Positions 12,632-24,315 of a stretch of DNA of 64,000 bases are shown here, piece by piece. The position numbers were made by a program, and so were the translations under genes. Position 1 is the stretch's first letter. Every line of letters starts with the position of its first letter. The stretch is taken from assembly GCA_965645245.1 (NCBI GenBank), contig OZ287070.1:1426001-1490000 (forward strand). The letters run 5' to 3'. The notes beneath the pieces are model-generated. The model had not been told where the DNA came from and searched no databases. It saw nothing but the letters and a program-made list of their open reading frames with translations. Source of the stretch: Massalongia carnosa (taxonomy: Eukaryota).

Positions 12632-13115
12632 TGTAATAGGGTAGGCCTAGTATGCGTTCGTTGAACGTAAGACTGGCCTATGTGGCTATGTGGGATACGT
12701 ACAGCCAAAACAACCACCAAGACAATAAGGTCCCGCCTAACCCAGTTAGGCATAGTGTGGGGACTTAACTTATTATGGAGGTGTTTTCGTAGTACACGAA
12801 GTATCCCCTCGCCTCGCCTCACCTCCCCTAGCTCACCTGCCTAGTCTTATCTACCCGTGTCTTTGGGTATCCGAAGTATTTCGGAGTCCGAAAATACCAG
12901 GTAGTATGGGCAAGGTATGGAAGAAGAGCTTAGGTTATGGATTGTCCTATCCTATATAGATCAATGATCAAGCACTTTAAAAGGGTAGCATTTAGTCTAC
13001 CCTTTGACCCGACCCAACCTATTTGTACCTCTATTGTGACCATCACGTTGTGTAGCCCCTGTGGATCCCATCTTCCAGTAGTGAATGCCTGCTGGGAGAA
13101 GGTCTCCCCGTTTCA
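12632..13115 (+). repeat. G2 5' LTR
   Basis: TGTAAT...TTTCA; direct repeat of 18802-19276. Confidence 0.96.
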
Positions 13116-13289
13116 ATTCTAATTGCTCTATATATCTCCGGATTAGCACGATCCGGTGGGCGCAATAAGGGTGCTGCTTTTTACCGCTTTCGCCATCCAG
13201 CACCATTTGGCCTTTCGTCGTTCAGGCCAAACTTCCTCATCGATTCTTCCATGGCCACCCGCAGCCAGTCCGCTGCAATTAGGGCCTCA

Positions 13290-14502
13290 ATGGATCCTTC
13301 TCTCCTCGGCACCTCCGGTGCTTCAGCTAAATTCAGCCAATGCATCTGGTGCTCCGCCGTCTAGTGGCCCACTTCCTGTCGGCCCGCACGGCTCCTCCCG
13401 TCCTTCCTCTGGCACGTCAGCTACCACAGTGACTCTGACTGCCGAGCAATGGGCTGCTATCCAGTCTACCCTGGACCAAATCAACCAGGGCCAGGGCCGA
13501 ACTCCCTCTCGGTCTGCTCGCCGATCTCGATCGGCCCCACGATCTCCTCGGGCACCCCAGTCGCCTGAGAGGTCATCCAGGCGGAATAGTCATCATACCC
13601 GCCGGGACTCTCGCTCTCGCTCGCCCGGCCATTACCATCGCCGCCGGTCACCTTCGCGTGACTACTCAAACCGCCGTTATGACGGCGCTTCTCGTCCCTT
13701 ACTGAAGCCCAAGGTTCCTGACATATACAAGGGAAGTAGTCACAAGGAGCTGCATGAGTTCGCTCGTCAGTGTCACGAGTACTTCAAGACTGCACGGGCG
13801 CATCCCGACGATTCTTCCTCCGTCTCTTTCGCGGCTTCCTTTCTTCGCGGAGAGACTATTAGCCATGTATAGTCAGAATACGTCAAGACATTGCCGCTTG
13901 ATTACGACCCACCCTGGGCCGAATTCTTAAAGGTCCTCCGGGATGACCTTGGCAACGAGAAGACCTTCGTGAACAAAACCTGGGGAAAGTTCTTTAGTTT
14001 TGTTCAGCGCCCTGGAGACAACGTACGCACATTTAGCGTACAGCTTCAACAATTGTGCTCCGTTCTTCAGGAGTATGACCTTCATTTCCCCCGCGAGTCC
14101 GACATGATTCGCCGCGCTCGAGATGCTCTGCGTCCTGAGATTAAGTCAGCCCTTTACAACATGGTTGACAATGCGAGCACCTACTCGCAATTCGTCGCTC
14201 TCGCAATGCAGGCCGAGGCATCCGTTAATATGCACACCTCGACCAAGAACTCCTCACATCGCGACTCTCGTCGCGATAAGTCAAGGGATGCCTCGCAAAC
14301 TCGATCGTCGAAGACTCAGGGTAAGAATCACAGACGTGGCAAGGGTAACAACAAGCCTACCGAATCTTCCGGCACCTCTGCCAACAAGACGCCTGCCACT
14401 GGCGCCAACGCAGAGCCTCCTGCCGAAGTCACCTGCTATAGATGCGGTGAAAAAGGGCATATCTCTACCCACTGCACCAATCCTCCCAAGCCAAAAAACT
14501 AG
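13290..14502 (+). pseudogene. gag: G2 gag with a premature TAG at 13870-13872 and a probable 1-nt frameshift near 13330
   Basis: Arg/Ser-rich N-terminus, KPKVPDIYKG, FAASFLRG, knuckle CYRCGEKGHISTHC. The start codon is inferred. Confidence 0.85.
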
Positions 14503-17500
14503 CTGTCGCCGGCGTTACTTCCGAACCGGTGACTGACCCTAGGGAGGCAATTGCCAAGCATGCGCCCCGTTTGCAAAGAGAACCCTATATGTTGTACGAC
14601 ATCCAGATGGTGAAGGATCTTTCTAGTCGGAAAGCCTTGATCGATTCTGGTAGCGAAGTCAATGCTATCGCTCCAGAGTTGGTTCGATCTTTAGGTCTTC
14701 CGACCCTGCATACCAATTGGGGTGCGGCTACGATAGATGGCTCTCGGTTGACTACCCATGGCATGGTGTTAGCCAAATTCTCTGTTGATGACAAGCTCGA
14801 ACGAACTCGCTGGTTCGAGGAGACTTTTCTAATAGCAAACGTCTCTCATGATGTTGTGTTGGGGATGCCTTTTCTGAAACTCGGCAACCCGGACGTCCAC
14901 TTCGCTGAAGGGTCTCTCACTTGGAGAGATTATTCTGTCTCGACTTCTTTGCCGACCGAAAGGCGCATTGAGTTAGTTGAGCCGGAGACCTTCGCAGAGG
15001 ATGCTCGGGATGATAAGTCCGCTTGCTTTGTCGTACAAGTAGCCGCCATTCTTGATGCGTTGGACGACGCTAGGCGCGTGAACCTACAGGCTATTTCGAC
15101 TACGGAGGAGATCAAGCTCCCTGTGGAATACGCCGATTATGAAGGGGTATTCTCTGCGGAGAAAGCTGACGAGTTGCCGTCGCTGACCCCGGATGATCAC
15201 AGAATCGTCCTAGAGGAGGGCAAGTCGCATCCTCATGGGCCTATCTATAGCCTCGGTCCCACGGAGTTAGAAGCTCTAAGGGGTTATATCGAAGTTAACC
15301 TCAATAACGGGTTCATCAGACCGTCGACTTCTCCTGCGGGGGCGCCTATCCTCTTTATTAGGAAGCCCAGCGGAGGATTGCGGCTATGCGTCGACTACAG
15401 GGGTCTCAACAATATAACGATTAATAACCGTTACCCCCTGCCGTTAGTAGGCGAGGCCCTAGATAGGCTCGGCCGAGCGAAGGAGTATACCCAGCTTGAT
15501 CTCATCCATGCGTACCATAGGGTGCGAATAGCAAAGGGAGACGAGTGGAAGACTGCCTTTCGAACTCGCTATGGCCATTTCGAATATCAGGTTATGCCCT
15601 TTGGGCTTTCCAATGCACCAGCGACGTTTCAAGCTTTGATTAACAAGGTACTCGCTGAAAAACTTGATGTTTTTTGCATTGTCTATTTAGACGATATTCT
15701 CATTTACACTGAAGAGACTGGTTCAGCGCACACTGATGCGGTTAAGTGGGTGGTTGAACAGTTACGAAAGCACGGCCTGTATGCCAATTTGCAGAAGTGT
15801 CGTTTCAGTCAGAAAGAGGTTCGCTTTCTTGGGTATATTATTTCACCTGAAGGTATTCGGATGGAGAATGATAGGATAGAGAGCGTGCGCAGCTGGCCTA
15901 GACCCCAGTGCGTTCGCGATATTCAAGTCTTTATAGGCTTTGCCAATTTTTACCGCCGGTTCATCAAGGGGTTCAGTAAGATCGCTAGGCCTTTGACCGC
16001 GATGCTGAAGACGACGGGCCCTAAGATGCCGAAATCGGACTCGTTTCTGACTGCTGAGGCGTTAGTAGCGTTCGATCAACTGAAGGGGGCCTTTGTCACG
16101 GCCCCAGTCCTCAGGCATTTCGATACGGAGCGACATATACGCGTGGAGACTGATTCATCTGGGTATGCCATCGGTGGGATACTATCACAAAAGGACGATG
16201 AGAGTCATTGGCATCCAGTAGCCTACTTTTCTAGGAAGATGATTCCCGCGGAGCGTAATTATGAAACGCATGACGCGGAGTTGCTGGCCATTGTCGAGGC
16301 TTTTAGGCATTGGAGGCATTATCTCGAAGGCAGCACTCATGAAGTCCTAGTTCTCACCGACCACAACAACCTAAAACGGTTCATGGATACCAAACGACTC
16401 GGCGGACGCCAGATCCGTTGGGCGCAGGAGCTCTCCCAGTATAACTTTCGGATTGACTATCGTCAGGGTTCTCACAACCCCGCAGACGCCTTATCTCGCC
16501 CCGCCCAGGCTGAGGCGGATGACGATGAGTTAATAGTTGAGAATAAACAGATATTGCACCGCTTGCAGGATTCTTTGCTGTTGAACGAGCCCGTGACCAT
16601 TTGGGCCTGCAAGGCATTAAGCCAACCTAAGAAGCCCCGCGAGCGTGACTACTCGCAGGGGTATAGGAAAATAATGTTAGAGGTGATTATCTGTGGGACT
16701 GCGGTGGTCCCGGACCTCGTCAAGTCATGGGCTGTTATAAGGGCAGTCGTGGCTGAAGAGGGTCCCTACACTGCAATCGGTTCATTACTTCCACGTCTCC
16801 CTGAGTTGCTTGCGGAAGACAAGGGCGCCCAGGCTGTACGAAAGAGGCTAGCTACCTCCGAAGTTAATGCGTTTTCTGGTGTTTCGGGCGAGCCCTGGAA
16901 GGAGTCCGGGGATGTCTTATATTATGAAGGCAAGCCTTATATCCCCGAGACGTTACGAACTGAGCTAATGGCGCGCCATCATGATGACCCCTTGGCGGGG
17001 CCTTTAGGCATTGAAAAGACCCAGGAGTTGCTGACTCGGAAATACCACTGGGACACTATCAAGGTGGACGTTGAAAAGTACGTGGATGCGTGTGACGTAT
17101 GCATGAGGTCGAAGTCGCAGCGGCATAAGCTGTATGGGAGTCTCCAGTCCCTGCCGATTCCCTCGCATAAGTGGAAAGACATTACGATGGACTTCGTTAC
17201 AGGGCTCCCGCGCAGTTGCGACTGGCGTGGAGTAGGATATGACTCCATCCTCGTCATTGTTGACTGCCTGGCGAAGATGGTCCATTAAGAAGCAGTGATG
17301 AAAACGCTGACGGCTGAAGGCCTCGCGGAAGTAATTATTGATTCGGTCGTGAGATACCATGGGCTCCCTGACTCTATAGTTACAGACCGTGGCTCCCTGT
17401 TCACATCGCAGTTCTGGCCCTCGCTGTGCTATTTTGTTAGCATTAAGAGGCGTCTCAGCACGGCTTTTCACCCACAAACTGACGGCCATACAGAGCTTCA

Positions 17501-18317
17501 GAATAGCACGTTGGAGGCGTACCTCCGGTCCTTTGTCTCATTCGAGCAGGACAACTGGGTGCAGTATCTGCCCATGGCTGAGTTCGCCTTCAATAACTCC
17601 AAGCACTCTAGCACCGGGTTGACTCCTTTCGAGTTGAATTGCGGTTATCATCCGCGGATGGGCTATGAGGATGAGCTGGATCCCCGTTCGCGGTCTAGGG
17701 CGGCGGGGGCTGAGGTCGCGGAACTCAAAGAGCTTATGGACCTGTGCAAGGCAAACCTTAGAGGTGCACAAGAGTCTCAAGCTCGCTACCATAACAAGGC
17801 TACAAAGGATCGTGTGTACAGCCCCGGCGAGTCAGTTTGGTTGGATGGCAAGCACTTTAACACAAAGAGGAATAGGAAGCTTGGACACAAGTTCCTAGGT
17901 CCATTCATGGTTATTGAGCCGATTGGCAAGCAAGCCTAGCGCATCCAACTGCCGCCGCGTTGGCGAATCCACGATGTCTTTCATGTGTCTCTTCTGGAGA
18001 AGAATGGCACTAAGAAGGGGGGAGTCGATAAAGAATTAGCGGAGCAGATAGAGTTCAATGAAAATGAACCAAAGGAGTACGAGGTCGAGAGTATTCAAGA
18101 TTCGGCTGTCTATGCTAGGGAGTCGGAGGACGGGAGACCTGTAGGGCTTTATTATCTAATCCATTGGAAAGGATACCCTGAGTCTGAGGATAGCTGGGAA
18201 CCGTATGCGGCCATCAAGCATTTACGCAAGATGGTGAGGTTATTCCATAGGATAATCCTTCAAAATCCACCGCAAGCGGAAGCCCAGTCGATTCAGGTCC
18301 TCCACGTCCTCCTCTAG
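14500..18317 (+). pseudogene. pol: G2 pol (PR, RT, RH, IN, chromodomain) with stops at 17286-17288 and 17937-17939
   Basis: LIDSGS, LRLCVDYRGLN, YLDD, ETDSSG, MDFVTGLP, TDRGSLF, YEVESIQD...YLIHWKGY. Confidence 0.93.
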
Positions 18318-18801
18318 CGAAGAAATCGACGTACTCCGCGCTGCAGCCGGACTCCCCGCCTGGCCCTGTCGATGAGGCTTTGCCTTTAACCTCGCAAGTG
18401 GGGGTCGACTTGGTAACACCGCTGCGTCTAGGACGTCCCAAGAGGGGTCGTCGGCAGTTAGGTATAGATGACGCTGGCGCGGCTGGGACGGTCCATACGC
18501 GCAAGAAGCCGCGAGTCAAGTCCTAAGGGACAGGCGAAGAAGTCCAATGCTGCGGCATTGGCAGTGAGTATGTAAGTCGGTGCCTAATGGCCGGAAGGGG
18601 CTGCATACTCAAAAGGGGACCGTCGGCGCAGTGGATCATTCGGCTAGGCCGTACCCGTCATGACAGCGATGCCTTTTTGCCTCTGTCCCAAAGGGTCAGA
18701 GGGTTTTTATGGAGTTGTCTAGGTACGCACCCTAGGTCGTCATGAGGCTATCTTTTGCAGTGCATGTCTCGGATGGGACTCGACCATAGGAGGGAGGCAG
18801 T

Positions 18802-19276
18802 TGTAATAGGGTAGGCCTAGTATGCGTTCGTTGAACGTAAGACTGGCCTACGTGGCTATGTGGGATACGTACAGCCAAAACAACCACCAAGACAATAAGG
18901 TCCCGCCTAACCCAGTTAGGCATAGTGTGGGGACTTAACTTATTATGGAGGTGTTCACGAAGTATCCCCTCGCCTCGCCTCACCTCCCCTAGCTCACCTG
19001 CCTAGTCTTATCTACCCGTGTCTTTCGGTATCCGAAGTATTTCGGAGTCCGAAAATACCAGGTAGTATGGGCAAGGTATGGAAGAAGAGCTTAGGTTATG
19101 GATTGTCCTATCCTATATAGATCAATGATCAAGCACTTTAAAAGGGTAGCATTTAGTCTACCCTTTGACCCGACCCAACCTATTTGTACCTCTATTGTGA
19201 CCATCACGTTGTGTAGCCCCTGTGGATCCCATCTTCCAGTAGTGAATGCCTGCTGGGAGAAGGTCTCCCCGTTTCA
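18802..19276 (+). repeat. G2 3' LTR
   Basis: Follows the PPT; repeat of 12632-13115. Confidence 0.96.
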
Positions 19277-19929
19277 AGATCAAGGTCCTGAGGCTTATCA
19301 TCCTCCAAAGCCATGAGATAACTGGCAGCGAATATTGGTTCTTTTGAATGAATCGCCATAAGAAAATCTCTGAGCGGCCGATTCCCGATTGCTTCACCGA
19401 TTTTATATGATACAGCCTCGCTACAGACCAATTGCCATTCTTCCAACCACGCTTCAATGTCCTGCTTTCCAGGCCCCTTGCATAGCTTATGATACTTTGT
19501 TTCAATATCTAGCGCACGAGCCGAATCGCTGGGTGCAAGTCTTCGTTTTAGTGCTATGAGATGGTCCCATGGATGCGATTCCACTTTTTGAATGTAAGTG
19601 GCATTCGCTATCGAGAGAGTTTCTTGAATATATGTTAACAAGTCGATGAAGGCCTTTTGTTGCCGTTCATAATTGACCAATAGTCCTTTGTATTCCTGAA
19701 CATGAGCCCTATGTAGCTCATACCCCTCCTTGTCAAAGTGTGCGGTCTCTGTTGGGAGAGTATATGTGGGTTCAACTGGTTTTAGAATGTGAATTGGCTT
19801 GATAGGCTCTTCTGGGTTGACTAACTCCCATATTCCATTGGTGATGGCCCGATTCCGCACGAAAGAGTACCAGGTATCCCAATCCGCTGGTTTGGCTAGG
19901 ATAATCTTTCTTGGGGTAGTAGGGTTCAT
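19277..19929 (-). pseudogene. Copia gag N-terminal part
   Basis: MNPTTPRKIILAKPADWDTW...; removing G2 and one TSD copy gives DLDLLIEKFRR, in frame with ORF 11105-12625. Confidence 0.9.
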
Positions 19930-20094
19930 CTTGACGGCTTTATTTGTTAATTCAATTGAATTGAATTTGATTGGCTTGCGAGCTTAAGAAGTCTAATGCA
20001 AATTGAATGTGCGATTAGCAAATTTTCCTCGGTTTACCTTTGTAGGAGAAAATTCTTATTCATATGACGATGGAATTGCTTCCGGGCTCATAAC

Positions 20095-20290
20095 TGTTGA
20101 GCTGAATGTATGATAACAATGAGCTCTATGATGAGTTTATATTTACGTCAGAGGAATATCTCTTGATAGTGAAATCGATGATTGATTTATTGATGGATTT
20201 ATGATGAATCCTCTAAGCCTAAATTTACAAGAAGAGAATTTTGTATGAGCTTGTCTCGCTTGTTACATAATCTCTGCCGTTAGTCCGACA
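20095..20290 (-). repeat. Copia 5' LTR, followed by PBS GTTATGAGCCC (20084-20094)
   Basis: Direct repeat of 8513-8708. Confidence 0.95.
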
Positions 20291-20295
20291 ATAAA

Positions 20296-22381
20296 CTACC
20301 CCTATCCGAGACAATAGACACTGGCATACTGAATTTGGTAAATATTTCTTCCACTAGGACGTCAGCCATGATTTCAGCATTCCAGTCCTTTCGTGCGGGA
20401 ATATATCGAGAATATTTGGTATACCGATCCACCATGACAAGAATCGCATCATAAGCCACGGTTCAGCGGAGACTCGGGAGCAGATCCGTTATGAAGTCCA
20501 TCGTCCAATTTTGTCTAGGCCCTTTTGGTACAGGTAGGGATTCTAATAATCCGAAGGGCTTATGTCTGGACGATTTGACTTGATGACAACGAGTACACGT
20601 TTCCACATAATGCTTGATATTCTTGACCATTTCGGGCCAATAATATTTCCTCTGGATCAATTCCAACGTTCTGGATAACCAAAGTAGCCCGCATTGGGAT
20701 CATCATGATTCTGCCGCAAAAGTTCAGCACGTAATAGACCAGGGGGAATATACCACCTATTGTTCCTGCATAGGATATTATCCTTCATGTTCCATCGGGT
20801 TTTTTCTAGGTCTCCTTCTACTTCGCCCTCCGACTCCCGCCCGTCTCGGAGCTGAGAGCCTGACGAGTCTTCGTTACCCCCCGATTTATCCTCGACGCGT
20901 CATGTAGTCGTCCTATAGAATTCCGCCCCTCATCCATCGACGATGCGATGGAGGGCCGTTTCTTCTGCACTAGTTGATCAGGCTCTTGCAGAATTTGTAA
21001 AACGGTGCGTAGTTCTATTGGGGCGGCCCCAAACGCCGAGTCTTTCTCAGAGACATTTTTTATCTCATCTCGAGAAATTTCAAACTTCTCATCCGAAGTT
21101 TCCACGAGTTTGAGTTCAACTGATTTTAAATTAATCAATTTCTCGTGTAACTGAGAGGTATCGGAACTACTTCCTGATTTTTTCCCCTTAGTTCTTCCAA
21201 CAACCGCAAGAATTTCAGGAATTTCGACAATTTCAGCCGAATCAATTCCAATTCCTTCAGTGGTTTGTTGGGCCTGCGCAGTACTCCGACAATTTTTGTC
21301 GACAACGGGTGGACTCATCAAATTGTGACGAAGCGAGATAGTGAATAGATTTCTACAATTGCGCCACCTGTCCTCCAGACCAAAAGGCACAATACTTAGT
21401 CCGCAGACCAAGCTCTATGCTACTATAACTGGGACTCCTGCTATGTTCGCTGTAGGTCCTGCCGTCCGTACCACGCTTGGTCGAACCGTTACAAAAATTA
21501 CGATTTGCCCCGTCTGATAATTCATTTATAGTAGATTCCCAATCCATAGCATCGTCAGCTACTTGAGTTTCATCATTCACAAGGGCTATTGTCTAATTTG
21601 ACGTAATGAGCTCCTCTATCCCACCCCGATTCCCCTCCGAGACGCCCCCGAATCTTCCAGGAATTATAGCTCCTGCTTGATGAGACAAGTCGTGCCTTTC
21701 TTCCATATAATCCGGGCGTCTAGAGGGTCTATCGGCTGGATTATGACGACCTGGACGATATTCAATGACGAGATCAAGACTAGAAAGTCTTTCCCACCAT
21801 CTCGCCTCTCGTCTAGATAAATTTTTGGTAGTAAGAAAGGTACGAAGATTACAATGATCGGTTATTACCCGAATCGAATGTATCGCCCCCTCAAGATAAT
21901 GTCTCAACTCCTTACATGCTTCAACAATGGCTAACATTTCTGTTTCGCCAACACCGTAGTTTAATTCGGCTGCATGCATTTTTCTTGACCAAAAAGCAAT
22001 AGGATGCCACTATCCCGTCGATTCAACCAATTGTGATAAAATAGCTGAAATCGCGACTCCGGACGCGTCCGTCTCTAATTGTATTTTCCGCTTAGGGTCA
22101 AAATGCAATAACATAGGAGCGGTGGTAAAAGCATGCTTGAGACGACGAAATGATTCTCTTGCTTCTTCGGTGAATGAGAATTTAATATCGAACTTTCCTT
22201 TCTTTCCCCCTTTTAGTAGCGTCATTAAGGCGGCCACAATGCGCGAGAATTCGTTGATAAATCGCCTATAGAAATTTGCAAACCCGAGAAATACTTGAAC
22301 ATCTCGATGATTTTTAGGTTCAGGCCAATCTATAATCGTCGCCACCCGAGACGAGTCCATAGATACCGTATTATCTGGCAA
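20296..22381 (-). pseudogene. G0 pol fragment: RT end, RNase H, long linker, integrase N-terminus
   Basis: VQVFLGFANFYRRFI, LETDASG, EMLAIVEA, HDDPNAG...CTRC, WTMDFITDL; multiple stops and frameshifts. Confidence 0.88.
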
Positions 22382-22384
22382 ATA

Positions 22385-24175
22385 AGACTCTAGTTTTATA
22401 GGGGGGTGGTCAACCCGAGGGTCATTTGGAACGGGGTCTTATAAGCAGGGTCTTATAAACAGGTATGATCTTATAAGGGAGTAGATCTTAGTAAGCAGGG
22501 GAAAAACACGAAGACGCGCATCGAGTTTGGCCCGCGTTGGAGGTATCCCAGTTACGTATAACCTCATCATTTTATCCACCTTTATCATCTTTTCATTGAT
22601 TTATTTCATGGCTCCCTCGCACGTCCAGAATTCTATGCAGGCTCAAAACCAGCCTCGTCCTGGGCCTAATTCAAAGTCCACCAGTCTTCGCATCTTGCAT
22701 TCAGCCCGACTTCCCAAGAAAGCGTTTATGCAGTCTTCAATGCCTAGCATGCCCGGTTGTTCCAATGCTAATGCTTCTATCATTAAACAATTTCGTCTGC
22801 ATCGAGAGGTGGCCGATCATCCTACACTTCGCGATATTTCTGACGACGAACATGATGCTCCTCGACATCGAGTATCCTACACCAGAGAGCAGAAACTAGC
22901 TGCTATTAGCTATGCTCAAACTACCTGGAAGTCTCAGAAGGATAGAAGTATGAAGCTTATCAGTAAATATGCTGCAGCCAACAATCTTGGAATTACTACC
23001 ACGATGCTTAGAAAGTGGATTGAAAGTAGTTCGAGTATCGCCGCTCAACCTAAAGGTAAACGAAAAGACAGCAAAGCTATGGGTGTATGTAAAGAGCCTG
23101 AGCTTGAAAGGCGACTTTTGGAGTTATTCATGGAAGCCCGTAACTCTGGACGTAAAATCAATAAACGTTGGTTTGTTCGTCAGGGTCGTCAGGTGTATGG
23201 TCAATTATATCCTCATCGAGTGACTAAAGCATCCGGAAGAATGACTGAGTATGCCGAGTTCAAATTCTCTAATGATTAGTTTCGTGGATTCAGACGAAGG
23301 TGTGGTATAGCTGTCAGAAATCCTACCAAAAAAGCTCAGCAGGTGAATAATCAAATGTTAATTTTTTTGATGATATTGAACTAACGGCATTCGGTTCATA
23401 TCAGAGTCCCGAGAACTTTCGCGATATTATCCAGTTGTGGTTACAATTTAATCGTCGCAATTCTCAACCGCTTTTGGGTCAAATTCCTTTGCATGGAGGA
23501 GGAAGATTTCGTCTTTGCGATATCGGCAATATGGATCAGACTCCTATTGCTTACGAGTTCCTGCAGGGTCAATGCTACGATTTTAAAGGTGCCAAAACTG
23601 TATGGATTAAAACCCATCGGTCTGGATGGGACAAAAGACAAGCCACTTTGATGATTTATGTTTCTGCTGACGGCATTAATCGACGCAAACCTCTTCTCAT
23701 ATTTTAAGGCCAAGATAGCACAAAATGCAGTCGAATTAAGAAAGAGATGACGTAGTACGCCTCGGGAGTAGTAGTTCAATGGGATCCAAAGGCCTACCAC
23801 AATGGAAAAGTCATGTGTCGATGGCTAAAACAGCAGTATAAATACGCTACTCTAGGACTTCATAACGCTAATACACGGCGTTTTTATCATTAGATGTGTT
23901 TGCGGGACAAGAAACCCGAAGAGGTAAATAGCTGAGCATTTTGTTTTCAAGCTGCTCATGTTTGCTAACAAATTTTAGGTTAAACAAGCCTTAAAGATTT
24001 AAACGTCACAGCATCATTTATTCCTTCCGGCTGCACCGGGTTTATTCAAGTTCTAGACGTCGCCATTAATAAACCTTTCAAGAATCGAATATCGGGGCTA
24101 GCCGACATTCATTACGATAAGCACTTCGAGAAATGGAATAAAGGCTCATACACGTTAGGAGATCGACGAATTATG
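22385..24175 (+). pseudogene. pogo/Tc5-like DNA transposon remnant: left end plus intron-containing transposase pseudogene (ATG 22608), right end missing
   Basis: SYTREQKL HTH, CENP-B-like LERRL...F.FS..W, DDD-like motifs NMDQTP / SLDVFAG / IQVLDVAINKPFK; introns 23343-23404 and 23924-23978; subterminal TCTTATAAGCA-type repeats at ~22430-22500; several stops. Confidence 0.8.
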
Positions 24176-24315
24176 GAAGAATAACTTACTCTTCTTTGTA
24201 TGATCAAATACTGTCGATATCACGATTACAATAAAGATCATATTTCAAACTGCTATCCCATGTGAAGGATAGTCATATATTTAATAGTGGAAACAAACAT
24301 CGATATCCAAGGGCG

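Larger units (their letters stand above)
12632..19276 (+). mobile_element. G2: full-length but defective Ty3/Gypsy chromovirus nested in Copia gag
   Basis: LTRs 12632-13115 (484 bp) and 18802-19276 (475 bp) differ by 2 substitutions and a 9-bp indel; TSD AGATC (12627-12631 and 19277-19281); PPT AGGAGGGAGGCAG. Confidence 0.96.
8513..20290 (-). mobile_element. Ty1/Copia LTR retrotransposon, degenerate, interrupted in gag by G2
   Basis: 196-bp LTRs at 8513-8708 and 20095-20290 (5 mismatches); TSD ATAAA (8508-8512 and 20291-20295); PPT CAAGGGGGTG; domain order PR-IN-RT-RH. Confidence 0.95.
734..22381 (-). mobile_element. G0: decayed chromodomain-bearing Ty3/Gypsy host element, 5'-truncated, surviving as pieces ~734-1189, 6910-7274, 7709-8512 and 20296-22381 between later insertions
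   Basis: Removing the inserts at their TSDs rejoins RT end/RNase H (FLGFANFYRRFI, ETDASG, ITDHCNL), integrase (TMDFITDL, TAFHPQTD) and chromodomain (VEQVLDSRIHYGKLKYLVKW) in one orientation. Many stops. The left boundary is approximate. Confidence 0.8.

Noticed and set aside
13116..13135. Self-priming site for G2 (CTAATTGCT vs LTR AGCATTTAG)
   Set aside because: Only 8 of 9 pairs with an internal mismatch. There is no TGG-type PBS either, so the priming mode is unresolved.
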